A stretch of DNA of 64,000 bases from Vicugna vicugna (taxonomy: Eukaryota), in assembly GCA_013265495.1 (NCBI GenBank), contig MU058636.1, forward strand, positions 1,054,001-1,118,000, given 5' to 3'. The translations under genes and the position numbers were made by a program. The notes below the pieces were generated by a model. That model ran no database searches and was not told the origin of the DNA. It saw only the letters and a program-made list of their open reading frames with translations. Below are positions 25,293 through 36,595 of this stretch, in pieces; position 1 is the first letter of the stretch, and every line of letters starts with the position of its first letter.

Positions 25293-25460
25293 TGTCTTAG
25301 CTGCACAGCCTGGGGGGCTTAAATGACAGAGATGTGTTTTCTCACAGTTCTAAAGTCCAAGATCAGGGTGCCAGTGTGGCTGGGTTCTGGGGGGGCACCT
25401 CTTCCTGGCTTGCAGACGGCTGCCTTCCCACTGTGTCTGCAGGAACACGTAGGCTGCTGG
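25293..25460 (-). mobile_element. MLT1A-C LTR fragment
   Basis: TGTCTTAGCT...TTCTCACAGTTCT...GTCCAAGATCAGGGTGCC...CCTGGCTTGCAGACGGCTGCCTTC. Confidence 0.7.
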
Positions 25461-25489
25461 TGGAAAACCAAACCAAACCCAAACCAAAC

Positions 25490-26230
25490 CTTGCCTGAGA
25501 GTGTGTAAAGTGGCCACCATTCCCAGAAGATGTGGGCAGGTGGGAGCCTAGCCTGGCCAGAGAGTGCGGCCCAGGTGGAGCCGGTCTGGGAGAGGGTGTG
25601 GACGGGCCAGTGCTGGTCTGAGAGGCGGACAGGCAAAGACAGAGCAGCCGGCATGATGTCGGAGGAGAAACAAGCTCAGAGGATCGATGCTCCCAACTTA
25701 AGACTCACTATAAAGCTGCAGTCCCCAACACAGTGTGGATGGACCTAGAGGTGATCACACTGAGTGACGTGAGTCAGAGGAAGACATATACCCCCCGATA
25801 CCGCTTACATCTGAAATCTAAAGAAACGGCATGAATGGACTTGTTCATAAAACAGGAACAGACTCACAGATGCAGAAAACAAACGTACGGTTACCAGGAC
25901 GGAAGGGCAGGAGGGGTAAATGAGGAGTTGGGGATTAGCAGATACACACTACTATACACAAAATAGATAAACAACAAGTTTATACCGTACAGCACAGGGA
26001 ACTATATTCAATAGCTTGCAGTAACCTATAATGAAAAAGAGTAAGAAAAATCATGTATATGTGTGTGTGTGTGTAACTGAACCACTGTGCTGTACACCAG
26101 AAACCAACACAACATTGCAAGTCAACTATACTTCAATTTAAAGAAAAAAAAAGTGGTATTAGGGGCGGAACAGGCACGCAGGTCAGAGCGGGGAGCGGGA
26201 GCCTAACCGCGGCCGGAGCCCCGGTCACCC
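25490..26230 (+). mobile_element. Old L1 ORF2 relic interrupted by a younger L1 3' end (~25735-26152)
   Basis: AAGACTCACTATAAAGCTGCAGT...CAGTGTGG resumes as GTGGTATT after the A-tail of the inserted L1 3' UTR (GGATGGACCTAGAG...GTCAACTATACTTCAATTTAAA). Confidence 0.7.
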
Positions 26231-27097
26231 ACAGGCCCTTCACGGACCTCGTGGCCCCAGGCAAGTCATGTACGGTCCCCTCACCTGCCACGCGGTGCGG
26301 GGGCACCGGGGATCCAGCCGCAGTGCCGGCCCTGCTCGCGCGGGGGCGCTGTTCTCGCGCTGCTGCCGCCGGGAGCGCGGTGGCGGGGAAGCTGATTCGC
26401 GGAGAAGTTCGGAGGCCTTCCACAGGGGGTCAGTGCTGCGCTCCCGGTTGGGATGGAAAGGGTTAGGATGCGGTGTCCCCGGCTCCGGGTCCTCAGCGCC
26501 GCTGCAGGTCCTCCCGCCACCTGTCTTGTCGCCCCCTGCCCTCAGGTGGCCGGCTGCCCAGTCCAGGTGGGCATCACCGGAGGGCCCGTCCTCCCCGGCC
26601 CGCGGCCAAGCCTTCTCCGCCCAGGGCTCCTGTCCTCTTCAGGGAGACCCAGCCTCAACCTTCTGCCCGCCAGGGCTCTCTGTCTGTCCGAAGAGCCCTC
26701 TCCTACCGCATGGAACGTCTCCTGGACGGAGCCTGGGAGAGGGAGACTGGGGCTGTCCTGCCCGGCAGAAGCAGGTGTCAGATTGTCCCTCCACCTGGTG
26801 GCCGTCGGCTCTGCCTCGAGACCCGCGTCTGAGGGGGCCGCTCCCCGGAGGCAGGATGCTGCGTCGCGTGGGCCCCTCTGCTCTCTAACCGCTTCCTGAT
26901 GGGCTCGAGGGACACTTCAGTGACCTCGATGGGGGACTGGGCTGTGCGGACAGAGCTGCGGGGTAAACGAAGGCGGCTGTCGCTTCAAACCCAGCAGCCG
27001 GGCAGGCGAGCGCCTCTCCCACGTGGACGTTGTCTCCGCAGCCTCCTCCCTGCGCGTGAAGCTGGGGGACGGCTGCTGCCTCCGAAAAAGGAGTCAC

Positions 27098-27235
27098 GGG
27101 GCAGGGGGAGTTCAGTGGCAGAGCTGCTGCTTAGCACGCATGAGGTCCTGGGTTCAATCCCCAGCACCTCCCTTAAATACATAAAAATAAACCTAATTAC
27201 CCCGCCCCTCCAAAAAAAGAAAGAAAAAGAAGTCA
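27098..27235 (+). mobile_element. tRNA-derived SINE, camelid Vic-1-like
   Basis: tRNA-like head with B box GGTTCAATCCCC, then CAGCACCTCC, AT-rich linker, AAACCTAATTACCCC tail and A-rich end. Confidence 0.8.
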
Positions 27236-27379
27236 CAAAAGTGCAGTAAGTCCCGTGTTCAGAGCTGCCAGGCTGCTGTAAAAGAGAAACTGAGGTCACA
27301 GTGAGCTAGACCAGTCAGCCTAGGCTGCCACGGCCCACAGAGGCGGCTGCGGTGGGGGCGGGGGAAAGTGGAAAACCAC

Positions 27380-27612
27380 AGACTTTGTGCAGCCATCACA
27401 CTATCCATACCCAGAAATTTTTCATCTTCTCAAATGGAGGCTCTGTCCCCATTAAACACGAACTTCCTCTTCTTCCCTCCCCCAGCCCCAGCATCCACCA
27501 TCCTACTTTCTGCCTCTGTGAATTTGACTGCTCGAGGCGTCTCATGTAAGTGGAGTCACCCAGTGTTTGTCCTTTTGTGTCTGGTTTATTTCACTTGCCA
27601 TGATGTCTTCAA
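27380..27612 (-). mobile_element. L1MB-type 3' fragment, followed by a MIR (~27670-27830)
   Basis: CCACCATCCTACTTTCTGCCTCTGTGAATTTGACT...TCTGGTTTATTTCACTT. Confidence 0.65.
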
Positions 27613-29654
27613 GTCTGAACTGGGTGTTTGTTTGTTGTTTTATCTCAGTCGGAATTGTTATACCAGAGTGGTGTAGACACAAAGACTTTGCCTTTCCTGG
27701 CTGTGTGATTTTGGACAATTTACTTCATGTGCCTGGGCCTCCGTTTGCCCTGAGTTAAAGCAAGTCTTACAATTATCTCCTAAAGTTGCAAACATAGGCA
27801 GCTGGCCCAGTGCCTGACCCATACAGGTACGGAGGGCTGGTTCCTCCTCTTTCCCAGACCAAGGAAACACTGGCTCAAAGAGGTTAGGTGGCCTCAGCAG
27901 GGATGCGTGGCTCTAGGTGGGCAGGTCGTGTCCCGAGTCACACTGCTTCCTGGATGGGTGTTTTCTGTCTCCTGCAAGCAGGAGTCTTGTTTCTACAACG
28001 CGAGCTTGCACTAGCTCCATGTCGGCAGTACTGGCGTGTGTGAAGGGCTGCTTTGCCTTTTAGAGTATTTTAAAATGAGCTATCTGCTCTGTTCTTTTTT
28101 TCCTCTCTCTCTCTTTTGTGTTTAAAATGCAGTGCTAACAAAATATTTCTGGCCTAGTAAGCATAATATATTGAGAGATTTTTATAAAGAATTAATGTAA
28201 CTTGGAATCCAATTAAGACTAAGAAAGCAGTTCTCATTAAGATTCCAAATTATGCCATGCAGTACAATTTTATGATGATTAGGATAGCAAAATAGCAAGA
28301 GAGCTGACTTCTTAGCATAAGGCAAACGTATGATCATTTAAAGCCACTGTCCATCAGGCCTCGGCTGGTGGGTGAGGGCTGCTTTCCAGCACTGGCTGCG
28401 TGGGGAGATGTGGCAAGTCCCAGTGCCCGGGTTTGCTGGTGAACAGGAACGTGGTTGATGTCTGTACATTAACCTTGATTCCTGCAACCTTGCTGTCATT
28501 GCCGGTGTTTTAGGAGATGAACCACATTAACCGCGTGTGTAGCTCTCAGCCAGCTAACAGTAATATTGGGCTTGCTATGTGTCCAGCAATCTTCTAAGTT
28601 CTCTACCCATGCTAGCTTCTCTGTGCCTCAGTTTCCCCACCTGTAAAATGGGGAGAGGGAGTTGTTTCGAGGATTGAGTTCACTTGCCTGTGAGTGTCAC
28701 CCGGCAGGAGGCAGAAAAAGAATTTGAAAGCCCAGCTTTGTGGCTCTTGGGCTGAAGGTGGTCACGTCATTAGCATGTTTGACTGAACAGCCCTCTCACT
28801 TTGAGAGGCTTGGCCCTTTCTGACTGAAACCTTAGTGTTCTTTTGAATCACCTGCTTGGCTGACAGCTTTCCGGTTTCTCTTCTTCACAAAAACAGGTTA
28901 CATCGAGATCTTATTCTCCTGAAAGCTGAGTCTTGGTCATTTTTCAAAACATCGTGCATGTGTTTGGCCCAATCACATGCAGTTTTACAAAGAGAAGAAT
29001 GTACCTGCAGAAGAGGCTCTGTTATCATCACAGAGTGACCGACATCACGGGCTCCCTCCCAGGGCTCTGGCTCCTGGTGTCACTGAACTTTGTGGCAGAT
29101 CATTGTTTTTAAAGAAGCAGGTGAAATGATATTAAATATTGATCATGTGCAATGAATTAAACTGTTGAAGGAATGATCACAATATTGGATATTAGATCCC
29201 TTGCCCTCTGGCTCAAATGTAAATATTTTATTATTTATATTTCAGCATTACTAACATAAATGCTGAAATGGGGGTTTGTCTGTATCTTAACAGTAATGGT
29301 GGGCAGCTCTAGTTGGTACACATATTAAAATAGGCAAAGGGATGTAGGAAAAATGCTGCAATAAGCCGCTAAGGGAATAGGCAGATATTTATGTGTAACA
29401 GACGTAAGACTAGGGAAGTGGCCACAGACGCCTTCCCAGATGCTCTGGATTATGTGGGTCGGTGCCGGGTCAGGGCCGGTCGTGCGAACACACCCACTAA
29501 GATGTGACTGGATGGCATCCACTCTCATCCTCACGGCTGCCCCCTTATCCAGGTCAACATTCTCTCCCTCTCTCTTTGTCGGGGGGCACCACCCTCCCAT
29601 TGTTCCTCTCTGTCCACTCTGCTCCCTGAAATCCACACCTCACAGAGAGTGATT

Positions 29655-29955
29655 ACATAACCTTTGAGCAGAATTATAATGCAAACCACAGATGTGAACC
29701 ACAGGTGTAATTTTATATTTCTGGTAGCCCTGTTGTCCAGTTTTAAAAAGTGAAATTAATTTTAAGAATATTTTATTTAGCCTGATCTCATCTATCCAAA
29801 ATAATACCATTTCAGCACAAAACCAATATTAAAAGTGCTGAGATATTTAATGTCATTTTTTCTCTAGGTCTTGGAAATCCTGGTATATTTTCCACGTGCA
29901 ACAACACATCTCAATACTCACCCCACTGCTCAGCGGCACCTGTGACAGTGTCCCC
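29655..29955. mobile_element. MER33/MER3-like hAT relic
   Basis: ATAATGCAAACCACA...GTGAAATTAATTTTAAGAATATTTTATTTAG...CACATCTCAAT. Confidence 0.6.
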
Positions 29956-32099
29956 CTCACTGGACGGGGCGGCTCCAGAACCTCTGGCTGCTGCCCACCT
30001 GGAGCTTCCCCCAGGCTCCTGCACTCAGATCCACTGGCTTTGGTTTTCATCCTTAAACTTGCAAGTTCTTCTCTGTCTTAGAACCTTCATGCAGGGGCGG
30101 ACCTGAGATAACACCCAGCCCAGCAAGCAGAGCACAGCCTCCCAAAGGCCCCCCGATGGCTGATTTAAGCCAGGTGCCGGCTCAGTGTGAGGTCCCAGAG
30201 GCAGGAGAAGGAGATTCCTCACTGGTGAGCCCCTAGCAGAGTGCCTCCAGGGGAAGTCTGGCCGGCAGGCAGCGGGTTTCAGGCACGGAATGGGGATGGG
30301 AGTAGTAACACCTAACAGAGAGGCGGATGCGAGCCAGGCAGGCCCCAGTCACAGCAGGTCTGGGTGGCAGGTGGACGCGTGGACATCTGCCTTCTTCCTG
30401 TGGCACGGAGGGCCTTTCAACCCCCTTCCTTCTATCTGGGCAATTCCTGCCTTGTGAGTCCCCGTCCCCAAGGGAGAAGCCAGAAGGAGGCTTTCTCCTC
30501 GCAGCTAGGAGCAGATGGGGAGTGGGCCCATCACACACATCTGCCTGAGTCACGGGTGCCAAAGGTGAGCACAGGGGGACTTCCTGACTGGCTGTGGGAC
30601 AGGAGGTGGGAGGCTCCAATCTGGAAGCTACTGATGGAAGCAGGGAGGCAGGTATGGGACCCACGCGGGCCTTGGTGGGCGGGGCCTCCGGGTGGGCGGG
30701 GCCTCCTGCTCTCAGAAGCTTCACAGCGGAGGTTGGAGCCCAAGGTTGCAGCCGCGGTCAGGGTCCGTGTCCAGGGGCAGCAGTGGCGGTGGGCGCCTCC
30801 CGGGAGCAATTCCGCAGGAAGACTTAGGTCTTGCGCCTGAATTCCAGGGCTGGTTCTCTGGATCTCTGGGAACTTCATAACAGTTTTTTTTTAAATCTCT
30901 TTTCAGTTGCAGCTGGTCAGAGTGAGCTTCTGTTTTGCAAAGATGCTGTACCCTGATGAGAGAGAAAGTTACTAAGATCAGGACCAGGGCTCAGAGCAAC
31001 GATGCAAGGGTCTCATTGCCAGGCCTGGGCCAGGAAGGCAGCCAGCATGGCCTGGACTGGGGCTGGGGTCACAATTCTGAAGACTGGGGTCAATAAGGGG
31101 GTAGCAGAGGCAGAAAACAGAGGAGCCTGGTGGGGGGCGCCCCCTGCATTCCCACCTGAAATTAAGTTATTTCATTTAATTACTAGTCCAGAGCCCAAGG
31201 CCAGCCCCCTCCTCTCTGTAGCCCCGTTGGGGTCTTTTCTTTCCCAGACCACCCAAGGATCTGGCATCTCTGCTGGTGAGTATAAAAGCAGTCACGCGAA
31301 CACTGGCCTCAGGCCTCGTGCAGCAGTCCTGAGTGACTCTGGAAGCCAAGTGCCGCCTCTCCCTTGCGGGGGACTGGCAGGGTCACCCGTGTCCTACCTG
31401 GTGGGCCAGATCTTCCTGTCTGCATATCAGGTCCTGCAGTATCCTCGTGGTCAGTGACACCAGAGAGAGCGGAGAACCTGATGGCATCTCAGGGAGATCC
31501 CCATCCATCACATTCCAGACTCCGCTGGTTCTGCCCCCACAGGCCACGCCCACCAGGGCGGGGCCACGCGTGAGGCGGCGGCTGTCTCGGAGAGGGTGGG
31601 TCTAAGCACTTGGCACTAGCCAGCCGGAACCTTGACCTGGAAGGGGGGCTGTGTATTTTGCCCTATCTCCTCCCGCTGCAGAGCATTTTTAAGGGAGGCC
31701 TTAATATCTCTCACCGAAATCTGACTTCCATCTGCCACTCCCATCCTGAATGTCAGGGTCTGCAAATGTCTGGGTGCCGGTTGTAGACAAAGGGCGAGTG
31801 TTCTCCTCCAGCTGAAAACTGGGAGTGTGACAGGTGCTTGAGGAAGCGCAGACTCCACTTGCTGCGCAGTTTGAGCCTCCGCTCTGGCCCAGCAGGACAC
31901 CGGGTTAGACACCTTGGACAGCTCCGGGCAGAGGATGAAAGAGAAACAGGAAGCAGGACACAGCGGAAAGAAGCGGGCCAACCCATGAACACTGGACTTT
32001 GACACAAGGGAAATGCTGCTGTAATCTCCACGGAGACCACTGGGCAAGAATGAAAACCTGTATGATGATATGACAAAAATGAGATAATATAATAAAATA

Positions 32100-33270
32100 A
32101 TGAAAGTAATCTCTTATACACAACGTCATTAACTGTAAACGTGATCAGTGCTGCCATTAATACACCGTTTGCCAGACTGGATGGTGCTATTACAAGAGAC
32201 ACATCTGAAATATAAGGAGGGTACAACAAGTTCAGAAGAAAAGGATTCAAAATGAATGTACAAACACTAACCAAAAGAAAGCTGGCATTGCTCTATTGGA
32301 CATATTACGTTTAAGGATGAGAAGCATAATCAGTATTATCATAGACAAAGGAGGATGCTTCATAATAATGGAAAGTCTAATATTCCAGAAAGATACAATC
32401 ACTCTTAATTTATATGCACAGAATAATATATCTTTAAAATATATAAAGCAAAATTTACAATCATTGTAGGAGATTAAAACATCCTTTTCTCAAACATTAA
32501 TAAAACAAATACATGTAAAAATTAGTAATAATATAGAATAAAGTTGAACAATACCATATTAGCAAACTTGACCTAGTGAATGTATGTTAAACACTGCATT
32601 CAATAGCTGCACAATACACAGTCTTTTTCAGGACATAGTGACATATGGACCACATGCCAAATGGTTTAAGTCTCAAATTTTTCAAAGGATTACACTCTTA
32701 TAAAGGATTTTTTTCACTTCAATGCAATTAGGCTAAAAATTAATAACAAAAATATAATTGTATTTGATTGGAAATTAAGCAGTACTTCTTTTAAAGAAAC
32801 TATTGGACAAAGAAGAAACCATAATAAAAATTAGAAAATATTTTAAGTTAATTATTAAATACTACATATCAAAACTTTTGGGGTACAGCTAAAGCTATGC
32901 TTAAAGGAAAATTTATAGCCTTAAAATATTTCAATTAGACAAGAACAAATGCTAAAAATCAATGAGCTAAGAGTCTACCTCAAGAAGTTTGAAAAAGACT
33001 AGGAAAATAAAGCCAAAGAAACTAAAGTAGCCTCTACAATAAGGATTAAAGCCAAAAATAATAACCCAGAAGAATAAACACACAAAATAGGCTCAAGAAA
33101 GCGAAAGACCAATTCTTTGAGAAGACTAATAAAAATCACAACTCCTTGTTAAAGAAAATAGGAAGTACAAGATCAAAGGCAGGAACTGTAAAGGGGATTT
33201 TTGCTAAAGACCCCGCCATCATTAAACAGACAATAAGCAATTATGCCAATATGTTTGAAATGGACAAAGT
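32100..33270 (+). mobile_element. Degenerate L1 ORF2 (endonuclease region) relic
   Basis: AACACTAACCAAAAGAAAGCTGG, ATAGACAAAGGAGG...CATAATAATG, TTTTGGGGTACAGCTAAAGC...AGGAAAATTTATAGCC; A-rich, no open frame. Confidence 0.8.
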
Positions 33271-34737
33271 CCTAGAATCACAGCCTGGGTGTTGCTGTTT
33301 TTATTAAGTCTGAGGCCATGATGTGCCGATGTGCCACCTGCGAGTGTCACTGCTGTGCTCAGGAAGTCGGTCTTGGCAGTGCCAGGCTGATGTGCTTTAG
33401 AGAGATGAGTCTTTGTACCAAATCTGGCCTGCAGGAGGGATGTGGGTGTCTGTGACAGAATCCTGGGGAGTCTGAGAGGCAGGACGGGGATCCACTCAGC
33501 CCAGTGAGGTCTCCTCGGAGCATCCACCACTCCCTGAAAGGAAAGAGGGCTCCGGGAGCTGACCCCTGCTTACACGCCTCTCAAATCAGCATCCACATCA
33601 GTTCACCACGCCAGGCAAACTGCCCAGAATGGGCCAGCACCTCTCTGTGAGGCCTGCTTGGGAGGCACATGCCCCAGGGGGCAGGGGCTTTAAACACCTT
33701 CAGCTACTGAAGGGCAGGTGCCCTGTCTGTCCCCAGATTGTGCTCTGACAACCCTGAGTCCCTGCACAGGCCCCCTTGAGGTGGCTTCAGACGGTTCCAG
33801 GAGCTGGCTATTGGCCCCCATGCAAAGCTGGCTCGCAAAGAGTGCCTAACTGAACGCACTGCAGAATTGTTTCTCCTTAGGGCAGGTGCGGCCCAGTGAC
33901 TGCTCCCTGCTCTGCAAAATCACTCAAAGCAGTCCCTGGAGCTCAGCGGGACAATGAGCCTGGGCAGTCCCACCTGCCTCCCTGCAGAGGAGGAGGACCA
34001 GGGCAGGATAGTGGAGGGGGACCAGGGATCGTCCCGCAGAACTTCCACAGTCTGCCTCCAAGACCAGGTGTGTCTAAACGCAGCCGACCACATTCCAACT
34101 GTGGCAAAGAGCCTTTCAGCCTTGCCTGCTGGAGAACAGCTCTAACGGCAGAGATGACTGTTGAACAATGAGTCACAGGCTTGGGGCTACTGTGAGCTGG
34201 CAGTCAAGGAGGGGTGGGTGGGCGGCCGCGCTGCTAGCAACATGCTGATGGAGGCAACTATTTTAGACGCTGCTTCATCTTCCCCTAATACAGTCTTTAG
34301 ATGGCTTTGCTGCACTTGTCTGCCTTTACAGCCCTGTGCTTTAATTTTCATCCCTCTAAGACTCAGGGATATTGACTCTTCTCCAAATGCTCATTCTATG
34401 GAACTCCCCCCACCCCCAGTTCACGTGAAATGGTAATATATTGAGCACCCGCTGGGTAAAAGTCATATCAGAATATTGGATTTTGTATATCTCACCGCCC
34501 CTGAGCACCTCCCCCTTCAATGGAGGTGGGTAGGTTCAGAGAGTGGTACAGGATAGAAAAATCTTTACAGCGAGGAGAGCTGGATTCAAATCCTGACTCT
34601 GTTGGTAGAACCTGGGGCCCCAGGTGAGTCAGGAATGTCTCTCATCTGTGATGGATGGATGTCACTGCTCTAGTGCGGAACACGCTTGGTTGAGCTCTGC
34701 ACACAAGATACTCTTGATTTCCTTATTTGTTCCTTCC

Positions 34738-34918
34738 TTTCACTGAAGTATACTCAGTTTACAATGTTGTGTTAATTTCTGGTGCACAGCATCGTGATTC
34801 AGTTGTACATATACCTATATGTACGTTGTTTTTCATATTCTTTTTTATTACAGGCTGTTACAAGGTACTGAATATAGTTCCCTGTGCTCTACAGTAGAAC
34901 CTTGCCATTTATCTCTGG
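34738..34918 (-). mobile_element. L1 3' end fragment
   Basis: Same family as 10131-10660; flanking TTTCCTTATT repeats (possible TSD). Confidence 0.8.
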
Positions 34919-34999
34919 TTTCCTTATTAGAACCTCTCTTTCCTGTCATGTTGAAAAATGACAACTTGGCAGATTCCAAATCTTGTCTCCAACTTTTTT

Positions 35000-35620
35000 T
35001 TTAATTAAAAAAATTTTAATAGACTTTTTCTTAAGTGGGCTTTTCGGTTTACAGAAAAATTGCCCAGGAAGTATAGAGGATTCCCACAGACCCGTCTTCA
35101 CCCCTTTAACATCTGCACTGGTGTGGTACACTTGTTATAACTGGTGAGCCAATATTGACACATTCATGGTTTACACTAGAGCTCACTCTTGTTATTGTCC
35201 ATTCTATGGGTTTTGATAAATAAAGACATATATCCAACATTATAATACCACACACGGAGCCAAGCCTGCCTCGTGACTTTGAGGACGTTGGGAGAAGACG
35301 ATGCGGTACGTTGCTGTTTTGCACGTTTCAGCAAAGCACAGTAAACGTGCCGAAAATTGAAAAAATCCTGAACGGACCACTGACTTTCACAAGCAGAGCA
35401 AACCTGTGTGACCAGCGCCCAAACGAAGCGAGCGGGCGCCCACAGAGCCCCCTTCCCCTCCCTGCTGGTCACGACCGCCCACCCCCAAGGGCAGGCGCCA
35501 CCCTGGTCTCCAGCAGCTGGGGTTGGTCCCACCCGGTTTTACAGTTTTACTAAATACAATCGTGCAGCACGTATGCTTGTGTCCGGCTTCTCTCACTCAA
35601 CATTGTGTTTGTTGAGTTAA
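35000..35620 (-). mobile_element. Old L1MC/ME 3' fragments
   Basis: TTACAGAAAAATTG...CCAATATTGACACATT; GTCCGGCTTCTCTCACTCAACATTGTGTTTG. Confidence 0.6.
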
Positions 35621-35651
35621 GTTGTTTTCATTTCACTCATGTAGGGTATCG

Positions 35652-35870
35652 TTGGGGTCAGTAAACTTTTTCTGTAAAGGACCAAATAATAAATATTTTA
35701 GGCTTTGCAAACGGTACGAAATCTCTGTCCCATTTCCTCCCCCCCCTTCTCCTTCTCCTCTTGCTGGGCGGGGGGTTACAGTTTACTGCCCCTTAAAGGT
35801 GTAAAAACTATTCCCATCTCTCAGGCTGTACAAAACCCGGCCATGGGCTGTGGCTTGCTGGCCCCTGGAA
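35652..35870. mobile_element. MER58-like hAT relic
   Basis: GGGGTCAGTAAACTTTTTCTGTAAAGGACCAAATAATAAATATTTTAGGCTTTG...TTGCTGGCCCCTG ends. Confidence 0.7.
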
Positions 35871-36317
35871 TATCCTGCCATGTGACTGCAGTTTATCCAT
35901 TTTACTCCTGATGTGAATGTGGCGGGGTGGGGGTGTCTCTGCTCAAACACAGGTGATGGCGGCTGGGCAAGCTCAGAATAAACGGCCCGCACCTGTTCTC
36001 GTCTGGTGGGGCTGCGTTTGTTTTCATGTATCTTAACTCTATGCGTGTGATTATGCCATATCTTATTTACATAAGAGCTGCCGTTTAAAAATGTAACGAC
36101 TGCATCGTGCTCCGCTGTATGGAAAGAACTTCACCTCTGTCACCCTGATTCTGCTAATGGACATTAGCTTGTCCCCTCCCCCACTATTTTTGGAATTGAG
36201 GATGGTACTATCATTTATGCCTTCATTTCACTCATGTATGAATCTACCCATAGAACAGACAGGTGGGCTGGCTGGTCTTACTTATTTATCCAGAAGTGTT
36301 CCCTGAATGCCTGCTGG

Positions 36318-36595
36318 TTGGGTGGGGTTCCCTGGGAAGCAGACTTTGAGATAAAGGTTTGCGTGTGGGATGTTACAGAGGAGGGCCCTGGGCAATGGGG
36401 CAGTGGAGCGAGGACCTTCAGCACCCTGAATTGAGGCGGGGGCTGTGCCTTTATCTTGACCCTCCTCCCCTGACCAGTCACTGGAGGAGAGCCCGGGGGA
36501 CTCCATGGTGAGCCCACAGCCACTGGGGAGTGAGCCTGGGTCCTCAGGGGGCATCTGGGCAGTGCAGAGCACCCCCACCTTGGGACCGGGCTGGG
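36318..36595. mobile_element. LTR16-like (ERVL) relic
   Basis: GGGTTCCCTGGGAAGCAGACTTTGAGAT...TTTGCGTGTGGGATGTT; related text at 59868-60200 and reversed at 56225-56305. Confidence 0.45.

Noticed and set aside
27098..27175. Possible tRNA gene
   Set aside because: Degenerate A box and acceptor stem plus a SINE-specific tail: a tRNA-derived SINE
32100..33270. Active L1 or domesticated endonuclease gene
   Set aside because: Riddled with stops and indels; no ORF of 60 aa or more over the core
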